Of a DNA stretch of 64,000 nt, positions 51,506 through 60,992 are shown piece by piece. Each line of letters begins with the position of its first letter. The stretch's first letter is position 1. A program made the translations under genes and the position numbers. The stretch is from positions 224,001-288,000 of the forward strand of contig OZ253496.1 in assembly GCA_965262115.1 (NCBI GenBank). The letters run 5' to 3'. Under the pieces are notes generated by a model. That model ran no database searches. It was not told the DNA's origin and saw only the letters and a program-made list of their open reading frames with translations. The DNA is from Nitrospinales bacterium. Lineage in GTDB: Bacteria; Nitrospinota; Nitrospinia; Nitrospinales; VA-1.

Positions 51506-51973
51506 TTATTGTTGACTTTGGTCACGGACAATACGGATGTTCCCCGAATCCATGATCAGGACTCGTTCTCCGGCTTTAAGCTCCTCATCATTAACTTGCA
51601 CAACGGCGTACGGTTCTCCCTTATCCGGCTGGATGATAAATTCCGATGCGGTGCCACTGGTAATCAGGTCTTCGGTGGCATGGCCCAATAATCCACCTAC
51701 AACAGCCCCGCCTACCGCGCCCAGCGCACGGGTCGCCGTGCTTCCTCCCAGAGTGGAACCGGCAAGCCCACCCGCGGTGGCCCCTACTACAGCCCCAGCT
51801 CCTGACTCTGTCCCCTTTATCTCAACATCTCTAATGGAAAGAATGACTCCTTGTTTAAAATATTGAGGCGAACCCATTTCACCACGCTCATAGGTAGATC
51901 CGGAATGCATGGAACACCCGGAAATTCCCAGGAGAAGGGTCATCAAAAGAAAAACCGTGAAATTTTTATACAT
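51506..51973 (-). CDS. Glycine-zipper outer membrane lipoprotein (SlyB-like)
   Basis: Lipobox ISGC, GAVVGATAGGLAG...GAVGGAVVGGLLG. Confidence 0.85.
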   Translation of the reverse strand: MYKNFTVFLLMTLLLGISGCSMHSGSTYERGEMGSPQYFKQGVILSIRDVEIKGTESGAGAVVGATAGGLAGSTLGGSTATRALGAVGGAVVGGLLGHATEDLITSGTASEFIIQPDKGEPYAVVQVNDEELKAGERVLIMDSGNIRIVRDQSQQ

Positions 51974-52113
51974 GGCGCACTCCATAAAAGGTTCTCTGAT
52001 ATACTTCATGAAATTCCAACAAGCGTATCATCGACAAAAGACAATAAATGCGTTGACGCTGGTGGGATTTATTAATTTCCTGCTTATTAATAGTATCAAA
52101 TCCTGAGGTATAT

Positions 52114-52358
52114 ATGGAACCCGATAACGAAACTCCCGAAACGGTCCAGGCCCGACTAGATGTTTTACGCAAAGGCATTGTCAGTGAAGAAAACTCCGTC
52201 AATTATTACCAGACCCTTATAGATAAAACCCCTGAAGATTCGGACGCTAATATTGGGATGCGGAGGATGTATCAGGCCTGATGCTGGAAGAAAAAAAGCA
52301 TGTGGAACGTTTCCGCGAGCTTATTCGGGAATGGGAGCAAAAACTTAAAGAGTTCTAG
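52114..52358 (+). pseudogene. Small ferritin/rubrerythrin-like half-domain protein (~81 aa), single-base frameshift
   Basis: GAGG RBS; MEP...LRKGIVSEENSVNYY...MRRMYQ / LMLEEKKHVERF; frameshift at about 52276; absent from the ORF track. Confidence 0.72.
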
Positions 52359-52503
52359 ATATCGCCTCATATTCTAGCTGGATTGGTAAACGCCCCCTCA
52401 AACCGCTTTCAGTTTACTCAATTCAGACCGTAATTGGTATCCTCGCCATTTTCAAGTCCAAATATCCAAACTGGTTTTGTGATTAAAAATCTCTTTCATA
52501 TCC

Positions 52504-52549
52504 TTGACAATATAAAGGGCTTATTTTATTATTGATAACAATTCTCATT
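52504..52549 (+). promoter_or_regulatory. Sigma70 promoter with adjacent Fur box
   Basis: TTGACA (52504), 17-bp spacer, TATTAT (52527); TGATAAC-A-ATTCTCA (52533-47) fits the 7-1-7 Fur consensus TGATAAT-N-ATTATCA. Confidence 0.8.
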
Positions 52550-52563
52550 ATTATTTTAGGGGA

Positions 52564-54774
52564 TTGAATACTCAGCAGCAACTCATAAATATCAACAATT
52601 TTAATGGTTTACCCATCATGCTATCCGCCAAAGTCGAAATGATGCAAAAATCTGACTTTTTTAAAATCATCCTGATATTTGTTTTGTTTTTAAGTCAGAG
52701 TATTTGGATTCCAACCAATGCCCAAGCAACCAATCAGGCGACGATAGATAGAACTAAAAAAATTGTCATGATGCTAAACATCGCTGCAAAGGAATTTGAG
52801 GAAGGTGTGGTGGATGGGAAAATTGTTGTTCCGCCGGAATATGAAGAAAGCCAGGTGTTTTTGCAACAGGCCATGGAACGTTTTGAAAGAATCTCTTCTG
52901 AAATCACAGATCCACAAAAAGCAGAGAACCTTAAAAAACGGCTCATCAACATGATGGCTATGGTCAAGGATAAAGTGGATTCACAAATAATGTGGAAGGA
53001 AGTCAATAGTATAAATTCAGAGTTACTGGCAACTTTCAATATCGAAATCAAAAAAACACCGATCACCCCCGTATCTCTGGGGAACGGTAAAAAAATATTT
53101 GAAAATAACTGCTCGGTTTGTCATGGCCTCAAGGGTCATGGGGATGGCCCGATGGCTAGCCAGTTTGATCCCTCCCCTGCCGTTTTATCCAACCCAAAAC
53201 TGACAGGAGACGAAAACACCACCGCTTACGACAATTTCGAGGTGATTAATGTCGGAATTGCTAACACTGGGATGATGGCTTGGGCTGGAGTGCTTTCGGA
53301 AACCGAAATTTGGAATGTCACTTATTACCTCAGGACTTTTTCCAACAACAATGTGCAACTGCCACCGGTAAATTTGCAAGTGGCTGCAATGGAGTCATCT
53401 GGAGATTCCACAAGTAGCATGGCCGAACAGGTTGTTAACGAGGTTCGTGAGCTTCTCGAAAAGAGTTTAGCAATTTATGGGTCCGGTCAGGTGGACAATG
53501 CGGCAGAAATGGCTTTTGACGCGTATCTTGCGTATGAAAAAATTGAGTCCAACCTTATTACCAAGGACAGGAGTTTGGGTGTGAGACTGGAGTCGGCCTT
53601 CAGTCGCTACCGTGGTGAGATTAAGCGTAGTGCGCCATTTGGGCATGTAGAGTCCCTTAACAAGGAAATCAATCTGGACCTGGCAAAAGGTCTGGAACTG
53701 CTCAAAAGTGAGGTCGGTTTTACGGGAATGTTCTTTCAGTCATTCTCCATCATCGTTCGGGAAGGATTTGAGGCCATTCTCATCATCGCCGCGCTGATCG
53801 CGTTTTTAACGAAATCCCGCAATCAGGGGCGGATAAAAACCATCCATATTGGCGTTGTGATCGGTATTCTTGCCAGTTTTGCAACAGCCTATGTCATCCA
53901 TGAAATCCTTCACCTGAACATGGCCAACCAGGAACTTCTCGAAGGCTGGATCATGTTAGTTGCCGTTGCGGTCTTGTTCTGGGTCAGCTATTGGTTGGTT
54001 TCAAAAATTGAAACCAGGAAGTGGCAGGAATACATCAACAAAAAAATGCGTGGCGCCCTTTCAAAGGGAAACACTTTTACCCTGGGTGCGGTGGCTTTTA
54101 TATCTGTTTACCGGGAAGGATTCGAAACCGTTCTTTTTTACAAGGCGCTTTATTTGTATGCTGAAGGTGCGACCGCAGGAATCATTCCCGGGTTTCTCGC
54201 TGGTTGTGTAGTTTTAGCAGGAGTCTTCTATTTGATCAATACTTTGGGTATGAGAATTCCCATTAAATGGTTTTTTGGTTTTACCAGTGTTCTTTTGTAT
54301 TACATGGCATTCACCTTCATGGGAAAAGGACTTCACGAGTTGCAAATGGGCGAACAGGTTCCCATGACTGCCGCAAATTTTCTGCCCAGCATTTCCTGGC
54401 TCGGCATGTATCCAACTTGGGAAACATTCATAGGGCAGGCAGCGTTATTGGGGGCTTTTGTCTTCGCGCTGATTTACACTTTTATTATTAAAGCTGAATT
54501 GGGTGCTACCCAATTAAAAGAAGAAACCTCTCAACTGCAAAATGACATCACCCAGGTACACGATCTGGTGGAACATATTTCTCATCATGCCAAGCGTTGT
54601 GAAGTATTCCTAAAGGACACTCCGGATCAGGATTTGCAGGAGCTCTCAGGCCATTTGAAGGAGATTGATATCAAAATCCACGAACTGTTCGGGCATGTGA
54701 AATATGTGGAGAACCAGCTTCAGGATGAATATGAGAAGCTGGCTAAGCAGGCCTTCCAATCCAAACAAAATTAG
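52564..54774 (+). CDS. Cytochrome c-FTR1 family iron permease with His-rich C-terminal domain
   Basis: CSVCH heme site; two REGFE motifs; TM helices; His-rich tail. True start may be 52618-52642. Confidence 0.9.
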   Translation: MNTQQQLININNFNGLPIMLSAKVEMMQKSDFFKIILIFVLFLSQSIWIPTNAQATNQATIDRTKKIVMMLNIAAKEFEEGVVDGKIVVPPEYEESQVFLQQAMERFERISSEITDPQKAENLKKRLINMMAMVKDKVDSQIMWKEVNSINSELLATFNIEIKKTPITPVSLGNGKKIFENNCSVCHGLKGHGDGPMASQFDPSPAVLSNPKLTGDENTTAYDNFEVINVGIANTGMMAWAGVLSETEIWNVTYYLRTFSNNNVQLPPVNLQVAAMESSGDSTSSMAEQVVNEVRELLEKSLAIYGSGQVDNAAEMAFDAYLAYEKIESNLITKDRSLGVRLESAFSRYRGEIKRSAPFGHVESLNKEINLDLAKGLELLKSEVGFTGMFFQSFSIIVREGFEAILIIAALIAFLTKSRNQGRIKTIHIGVVIGILASFATAYVIHEILHLNMANQELLEGWIMLVAVAVLFWVSYWLVSKIETRKWQEYINKKMRGALSKGNTFTLGAVAFISVYREGFETVLFYKALYLYAEGATAGIIPGFLAGCVVLAGVFYLINTLGMRIPIKWFFGFTSVLLYYMAFTFMGKGLHELQMGEQVPMTAANFLPSISWLGMYPTWETFIGQAALLGAFVFALIYTFIIKAELGATQLKEETSQLQNDITQVHDLVEHISHHAKRCEVFLKDTPDQDLQELSGHLKEIDIKIHELFGHVKYVENQLQDEYEKLAKQAFQSKQN

Positions 54775-54782
54775 GCGATCTC

Positions 54783-56075
54783 TTGAATATTAGTTTTTTT
54801 AAAAATACGCGCATCATCCACAAATGGGTCGGTCTCCTGATTGCAGTATTCATTCTTATTCTGTCTGTTTCGGGTTTTCTTTTAATGCACCCGGAGGAAT
54901 TTGGCATAGAACAAGCCCAGATCAGCGGCAAGTACCTACCGGAAAAGTATTTTCAGGTTTATAACACCCGGCGCCGTGTCCAGTCACTCGCCACAGTCTC
55001 CGACCAGATTCTATTCGCGGGAACAGACATTGGTGTTTACCGGTCCTTGGATGGAGGAAAAACCTGGCTTCAAATCAATCAGGGTTTGTTTGATCTAAAC
55101 ATCAATTCCTTGATGATTAATCCGGAAGAACCCAATACCGTTTATGCCGCAACCAAGCGTGGCGTCTTTAAGTCAGAGGATGCAGGGGACACTTGGAGTG
55201 ACTGGTTCGATGAGACAACGGGTTTGACCAATACAATAATTAATGATCTTGCCCTGCATCCTGATAACACGGATATTCTGTTTGCCGCAACCGATGGGGG
55301 CATTTTCCAATCTTTGGATGCTGGAGAGAGTTGGGTGCCGGTATACACCGATCAACCTGTCCAGATCATAAAATTTTCAGCATCGAATCTGAACACCCTG
55401 TATGCATCTGGTGAAGGCAGCACCCTTCGCAGCAAAAACAGCGGGCGTGATTGGAGTCTCGTTTGGGGAAATACCCTATCTATCGTGAGTGCGCTGATAT
55501 CCTTAGACACCGACCCAGAGTTTCTCTATTCAGGCTCCGATACCGGCCTGTACAAATCTTTCAATGGCGGCAGGAACTGGGTTGCCGATTCTGCCTTTAA
55601 GAAGGCACCCATAAACGCAATTTTTGTGAGCCCTTCCAACCTGTCACAAATATACGTAGGAAGTGGGGCGAGTTTTTACTCCAGTAAGGATGGTGGCGAC
55701 TCATGGAGGAACATTTTCTCCTTCACCCAAAAAATGAACGGGGATTCTGGAACATCGGTTGATATTACCATTAACGAAATCACCAGTCTGAATGAAAAAT
55801 CACTCTTTGCGGGCACCTCATCGGGACTTTATTTCTCTGAGGATGCCGGTGAAAACTGGGAAAATATAAATTTAAGTGGTGCGGTCAATCAACTGTCTCC
55901 CGATGAAATGAAAATGGATGTTGTGAAACTCGTGACCGAAATTCATACGGGTCGCTTTTTTGGTTCCTATTTTTATATGCTTGTGGATTTAGCGACTCTG
56001 GGAATCGTGTTTCTGACAATATCCGGCTTCCTGATTGCCTATTACCGGGCCAAGGTTAAGAACCGGAAAAAATAG
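54783..56075 (+). CDS. PepSY-TM-type membrane protein with a 7-Asp-box (BNR) beta-propeller
   Basis: HKWVGL TM1; seven SxDxGxxW-like boxes; EIHTGRFFG before the last TM. Confidence 0.82.
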   Translation: MNISFFKNTRIIHKWVGLLIAVFILILSVSGFLLMHPEEFGIEQAQISGKYLPEKYFQVYNTRRRVQSLATVSDQILFAGTDIGVYRSLDGGKTWLQINQGLFDLNINSLMINPEEPNTVYAATKRGVFKSEDAGDTWSDWFDETTGLTNTIINDLALHPDNTDILFAATDGGIFQSLDAGESWVPVYTDQPVQIIKFSASNLNTLYASGEGSTLRSKNSGRDWSLVWGNTLSIVSALISLDTDPEFLYSGSDTGLYKSFNGGRNWVADSAFKKAPINAIFVSPSNLSQIYVGSGASFYSSKDGGDSWRNIFSFTQKMNGDSGTSVDITINEITSLNEKSLFAGTSSGLYFSEDAGENWENINLSGAVNQLSPDEMKMDVVKLVTEIHTGRFFGSYFYMLVDLATLGIVFLTISGFLIAYYRAKVKNRKK

Positions 56076-56317
56076 TGGAAGATCTGACGACTGATCGTGT
56101 GATTGAACTCACAGAAACCACCGATGAGCTTTCAACCGAGAGTCAGGAAATCCATGACATGATAGAACACATCACCGAACACATTGAAAAATGTCGACTG
56201 GTTTATATGGATCAGGAGAAAAATGAAATCGAGGAAATTGGCCGGCACCTCAACACTCTGGACAAAAAAATGCACCGGCTGATGCAACACCTGGGGGAAT
56301 TGGAAAAGACCGATTAA
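56075..56317 (+). CDS. His-rich helical protein/domain homologous to the FTR1 tail (possibly the C-terminus of the preceding gene)
   Basis: Ungapped alignment to the FTR1 tail, 21/68 identities including 6 His and 1 Cys. Confidence 0.8.
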   Translation: MEDLTTDRVIELTETTDELSTESQEIHDMIEHITEHIEKCRLVYMDQEKNEIEEIGRHLNTLDKKMHRLMQHLGELEKTD

Positions 56318-56580
56318 TGAATATATCGCTTTTCCTTGCCTGAAGAGTGTGGAGCGAGGTTCTGATCACGGTTGATCATATTCATCTTTTTATATTCTTC
56401 CCAATTGTCTCGAAACAGGTTGAAACCAACATAATCCAGCGCTTGCATGATTTCGAGTTCAGAAACCTTGCCTTCGCCGCCATCCACTTCACGAATCACA
56501 TCTTCCAACTGTTCGCAAAGACCGGCAAACCGCTCTTCATCTTCAAACATCATAAAGTCTTTCATGAAATCAAAGGTCAT
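56314..56580 (-). CDS. Hypothetical acidic protein
   Basis: GGAG RBS, 88-aa ORF downstream of eda. Confidence 0.6.
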   Translation of the reverse strand: MTFDFMKDFMMFEDEERFAGLCEQLEDVIREVDGGEGKVSELEIMQALDYVGFNLFRDNWEEYKKMNMINRDQNLAPHSSGKEKRYIH

Positions 56581-56618
56581 ACCCTTTTTCTCCCTTTAAT
56601 TGGAGTGACTCGTAATAT

Positions 56619-57269
56619 CTATACACTTATATTAGAATAAATTTTGCTCACTACAAACATAAATTCTTCGATTTCTTTTTGAATTGCAGAAAACTCCCGA
56701 TCTGCCATCCGTCTTACGGAAAATATCGATCCTCCCAGTGCCACGGCTGAGGCTCCTGCAGCAAAATAGTCAGGGATATTTTTGGGGCCAATTCCACCCA
56801 CGGCCATCAGTTTGATATGGTCAAAGGGTCCTTTTATAAGCTTAAAATAATCAGGCCCCATCTGGGAGGCGGGAAAGACCTTTACCATTGTTGCCCCAAA
56901 ACTCCATGCTTTTTCAATTTCTGTAGGGGTTAAAGCACCAGGGAAATAGGCTAGATTGTTCTTAATGCAAAGTTTAGCGACCTGCTCATTCGAGCTTGGT
57001 GCCACAATAAATTGTGCCCCCGCTTCAGCTGCCTGCTGAGCAGACTCATCAGACAAAACCGTTCCTGCCCCGATGCAAAAATCGGGAAATAATTCAACAG
57101 CCTTCTTAATAAGATAAAACGCGTCAGGAGTATTGAGAGTGATTTCCATGAAACGAAGCCCCCCTGAGTATGCTGCTTTCAGTACACCATAAAGGGAATC
57201 TCCGTCAACACCACGTATGATGCCCAATACGGGTTCTTTCTCAAAGAGGGTTAAATCAAATCCTGCCAT
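56619..57269 (-). CDS. eda: KDPG/KHG aldolase
   Basis: EITL, GAGTV, PGALTPTE, VKVFP, VGGI. Confidence 0.9.
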   Translation of the reverse strand: MAGFDLTLFEKEPVLGIIRGVDGDSLYGVLKAAYSGGLRFMEITLNTPDAFYLIKKAVELFPDFCIGAGTVLSDESAQQAAEAGAQFIVAPSSNEQVAKLCIKNNLAYFPGALTPTEIEKAWSFGATMVKVFPASQMGPDYFKLIKGPFDHIKLMAVGGIGPKNIPDYFAAGASAVALGGSIFSVRRMADREFSAIQKEIEEFMFVVSKIYSNISV

Positions 57270-57276
57270 GAATGAA

Positions 57277-58227
57277 TTAGACGTTGGCTTCTGTAGTGAG
57301 CTTTTCGTAGAAATTTAGGTATTCATCCTTTTGCTCTGAATTTCTAACTTTCATTCCCGCGCGGGGATGCAAATCCAGAATGCCGGTAATCATGTAGGGA
57401 ATGGTGTATCCCCATTCAATATTCTTTCGCAAATCTACAAAATCCGATTCCAACACTTTCAGAATAGGTCGGATATCAAATTTCGGATTTTTCAAAAAGC
57501 CCAGTAGTAATTCCAGCGGACAGTTACCTGCGGCTCTTCCGATCCCCAAAATAGTTCCATCAAGATAGTTAATGTTATTGATGATCGATTCAATCGTATT
57601 GGCAAAGGCCAATTGCTGGTTGTTATGTGCGTGAATACCGACCTCTCGGCTTGGGAGTGCAGCTTTATACTTTTTGGCAAGATAAGAAATCTGTTCAGAA
57701 TACAAGGCTCCGAAACTATCAACCAGATAAACGACATCAACAGCACTTTCCTTTTCTACCTGTTCCAGGGCCTCATCCAACTCGCGTTCCCTGGCGTGCG
57801 ACACCGCCATAATGTTGATAGTGGTTTCATAGCCCTTTTCATTAAGCGTATTGACAATATCAATAGCCTTATCAATATCCTTGATGTATGAGGCAACCCG
57901 CATCATATCCACATGACTTTCTGATTTTGGGATCAGTGTCTTGGGATCAAAACGTCCTATATCGGCCATAACAGAAATTTTGCAATTTTTCTCTGTATTT
58001 CCGATAATGTTTTCCAGATCCTTCTCGGAACAAAATTTCATAGGACCATATTCACCCCTCTTAAACTGATTCTCGTCAGCCTTATAACCCAGTTCGATGT
58101 AGTCGACCCCTGATTTATTTACCGCTTGAAAAACTCTGCGAACAAGGTCATCGCTGAACAAGTGATTGTTCATCAATCCACCGTCACGAATGGTACAATC
58201 CAATACTTTTATTTCTTTTCGGTACAT
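57277..58227 (-). CDS. DRE-TIM metallolyase, 4-hydroxy-2-oxovalerate aldolase-like
   Basis: LDCTIRDGG, VDSFG, HAHNN, GIGRAAGN. Confidence 0.8.
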   Translation of the reverse strand: MYRKEIKVLDCTIRDGGLMNNHLFSDDLVRRVFQAVNKSGVDYIELGYKADENQFKRGEYGPMKFCSEKDLENIIGNTEKNCKISVMADIGRFDPKTLIPKSESHVDMMRVASYIKDIDKAIDIVNTLNEKGYETTINIMAVSHARERELDEALEQVEKESAVDVVYLVDSFGALYSEQISYLAKKYKAALPSREVGIHAHNNQQLAFANTIESIINNINYLDGTILGIGRAAGNCPLELLLGFLKNPKFDIRPILKVLESDFVDLRKNIEWGYTIPYMITGILDLHPRAGMKVRNSEQKDEYLNFYEKLTTEANV

Positions 58228-58590
58228 GCTGTAAAATCCCCCAAAGCGGAATCAATAGATTCCACTGAAAAAAATGAGTTTGAGCAAAAGTTTCAATAAA
58301 TTGGAAGGAAACATTATATTTGTAATGTGGGTGAGGGTCAATCAGATAATTTCAATGGATTTTTATAACCTCTAAAGAGCCCAAAATTAACAATTTCAGG
58401 AAGAAGTTATTGAATTAGTGCTAATTCCTCTCTACAGCCGAGATTTTATCACTTCAGGAGAGATTCTTTTCATCGATTCTGCTTTGCAATGGTTCTATAA
58501 TCAAAATCGTTTGTTTTGCAGGAGCCGTACAAATGCTTAGCAGATACTTGGAAGTACCTCAATCAAACTCCAGGAATTTTATACTTAATA

Positions 58591-59016
58591 ATGGCTCATA
58601 AAATATCTTTTTGGCTCGTCAAGCAGGAGCCTTCGAAATACAGTTGGGAAACTTTTGTGAAAGACGGGGAAACCTACTGGGATGGGGTGCGAAACTATCA
58701 GGCCCGCAACAATTTGCAGTCCATGAAAGAAGGGGATCTGGTTTTCTTTTATCACAGTGTCACGGGCAAGGACATCAGAGGCATTGCCAAAGTTACCCGC
58801 GAAGCTTACCCCGACCCCACAATCGATGATCCGCGTTGGGTGGTGGTCAATTTAAAACCTGTTAAAGCTCTCGCGCACCCTGTCAGCCTTGAAGAGATTA
58901 AAAATCATAAGGACCTTTCGGAAATCGCTTTAGTACGACAATCCCGTTTATCTGTTCTGCCCTTAACAAAAAAGGAAAGTCAGACTATATTAAAACTAGG
59001 CAATACTTCTATCTGA
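58591..59016 (+). CDS. EVE domain protein
   Basis: WLVKQEP, WDGVRNYQARN, FFYHS, SRLSV. Confidence 0.92.
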   Translation: MAHKISFWLVKQEPSKYSWETFVKDGETYWDGVRNYQARNNLQSMKEGDLVFFYHSVTGKDIRGIAKVTREAYPDPTIDDPRWVVVNLKPVKALAHPVSLEEIKNHKDLSEIALVRQSRLSVLPLTKKESQTILKLGNTSI

Positions 59017-59074
59017 CTTCAAAAATATTGAAGTATAAATTCAGGCAACTGAAACTATATAGGGAAATAAATCT

Positions 59075-59221
59075 ATGAAAACAGGACTCGCCCTTATCTT
59101 TGTTGTGATTTTATTGATTGGATGTTCAGGGGAGAGCAACGATCCGAGTGCTCCACAACCTACGCAAAAATCATCTTTATCCTTGCAATTTAAAGTAAAT
59201 TTTATGGGGATCGGTCTATGA
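59075..59221 (+). CDS. Small lipoprotein (48 aa) or remnant
   Basis: MKTGLALIFVVILLIGCSG...; stop overlaps the next ATG; not in the ORF track. Confidence 0.5.
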   Translation: MKTGLALIFVVILLIGCSGESNDPSAPQPTQKSSLSLQFKVNFMGIGL

Positions 59222-59454
59222 CATCCAGAATCATCCTGATTTTACTGATCGCTTTCTTATGGAGTTGCTCCGGTGATAAAACTGCTGAACAACCTCAAAA
59301 ACCCAAGGCAACGCAATCAGTGCCAGAGAAGGTTCAAAGCCAACCCAATTTCCCCAACGCTCAGGATTTACAACCAGACTTGCATATCAGTGGCAGCCCC
59401 AGCACCCATATTTCAGGATCCCTTTCAACCTCCGAGCACATGAGCGGTCAGTAA
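59218..59454 (+). CDS. Small lipoprotein with HxSG repeats
   Basis: Lipobox LWSC; tail HISGSPSTHISGSLSTSEHMSGQ. Confidence 0.65.
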   Translation: MTSRIILILLIAFLWSCSGDKTAEQPQKPKATQSVPEKVQSQPNFPNAQDLQPDLHISGSPSTHISGSLSTSEHMSGQ

Positions 59455-59458
59455 AACT

Positions 59459-60124
59459 ATGAAACCAGCCTTGCTCTTAACTGCATTTGCTTTTTTCGTT
59501 TTGGTTTCATCTTCATGGGCGGGTCCAGCAGAAATATCATCCTGCCTGAAACAAGTGACTCCGCTGAAAGCCCAGAGGGACCAGGTGGCAGATTTAGATG
59601 GGATTTGGGGACTGTTCCAAAAAAAAGCAACACTTCAACACAGTTCTGTCGAAGGCATTAGCCTGGATAACAGAGTCAACTCAATCCTTTTTCATTTAGA
59701 GTATCTATGCAACACCATCGATGGGATTCCTTTTGATGAATTGGCGGACTATGTTTCAACAAACCTGACAGAAAAGGGGGAGGAAAAATTCAGGAAGGAA
59801 TTGATCATTCTTGGCAAAAATGAGAGCCAAATCAAAGTCTGGTTTGAGTTTTCCAGATTTGCTATCGCGAATCGATATCGGGCTTTGGACCCTCAAAAAA
59901 TTTCTCACACCATTCAGGCGGCATACCCACTGGTCAAGGGGTATTTACAGCTTGCAGAAAAAATAAACGGCAAAAAGGACATAGGTTCAGTGATTCAGGA
60001 AACACAAGCCCTGACAGTCCAAATCGAGACTTATTTCAAAACCGATCCATATATATCGCAGGCTTTTCATGAAAATTCCCAAATCCCTTATGCGGATTGG
60101 GATGAAAACTACGGTGGCTCCTAA
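59459..60124 (+). CDS. Secreted hypothetical helical protein
   Basis: Signal peptide ending SWA; 221 aa. Confidence 0.75.
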   Translation: MKPALLLTAFAFFVLVSSSWAGPAEISSCLKQVTPLKAQRDQVADLDGIWGLFQKKATLQHSSVEGISLDNRVNSILFHLEYLCNTIDGIPFDELADYVSTNLTEKGEEKFRKELIILGKNESQIKVWFEFSRFAIANRYRALDPQKISHTIQAAYPLVKGYLQLAEKINGKKDIGSVIQETQALTVQIETYFKTDPYISQAFHENSQIPYADWDENYGGS

Positions 60125-60176
60125 ACGGGCAAACCTGCAATCCAGAAATATTTTTTAACAACCTGAAGAGGAAACG

Positions 60177-60980
60177 ATGAGTAATTTTCTAGTCATAGGT
60201 GGAACAGGTGTAATGGGGACCGCAGCGATTAAAGCTATTCGCGAAAGGTTTGGCGACACAGCCAATATCCTGGCGAACTGGTATGGTAAGGAAGTGCCCG
60301 GTTTCACCATTGAAGGCGTTGAAGAAACCCTGTTTGGTGACATCAATGACCCACAGGTTCTGGATAAAATCAAAGCTTACGATAATGGACAATTCGATGC
60401 TTTATTCTACGCCACCGCCCTGGGTGAGGTTGGGGTGTCTATTGCAGAGGCGACCCCCGAGTCGATCACGCAGTCCAACAAACTTTCATTTGATCCTATC
60501 CTGAAATTGGAAGCACAACTGAATGTTAAAACCATTGTTGCCTATTCCACCTTTTATGTTATCAGGCATCAGCTCTCCACTTACGGAGCAATGGGCCATT
60601 CAAAAGAAGCTATTGAGAAATGGGCGGTTGAGAAAGGCAAGGCCCAGCATATTTGTATTCGAGCCGGACTGTTTGAGTCGCAATCGTCCCGGGGAATTAA
60701 ACTGCTATTGAGAAAAACCGCAAAAAATCCAGAAAACCTGAGAGATCCCCTGCTCCGGTCCTATTTTGAGGGGAAAAGCTCCAAGGAAGGCATCAAGAAA
60801 TTTGAAGAAGGCATCTTCAAAGAAGAAAAAGAAGCTTATGGCGATTGCAGAACAACTGCTGACGACTTATATCAATCCCATTTGAAGCTATTCGATTCCA
60901 AGGAACCTGTCTTTGTCAATGTTTGTGGCAAACGAATCTGGCTTTCTGACACACCTCTGCTCCTCAAGAATTATCTGTAA
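60177..60980 (+). CDS. Atypical SDR-family oxidoreductase (enoyl-reductase-like)
   Basis: GGTGVMG Rossmann motif; YGAMGHSK resembles the FabI YxxMxxxK motif. Confidence 0.6.
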   Translation: MSNFLVIGGTGVMGTAAIKAIRERFGDTANILANWYGKEVPGFTIEGVEETLFGDINDPQVLDKIKAYDNGQFDALFYATALGEVGVSIAEATPESITQSNKLSFDPILKLEAQLNVKTIVAYSTFYVIRHQLSTYGAMGHSKEAIEKWAVEKGKAQHICIRAGLFESQSSRGIKLLLRKTAKNPENLRDPLLRSYFEGKSSKEGIKKFEEGIFKEEKEAYGDCRTTADDLYQSHLKLFDSKEPVFVNVCGKRIWLSDTPLLLKNYL

Positions 60981-60992
60981 CTCTCATTTTCT

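Noticed and set aside
38879..59016. HNH nuclease plus EVE protein as a modification-dependent defence system
   Set aside because: They are about 19 kb apart in housekeeping contexts and both belong to common stand-alone families.
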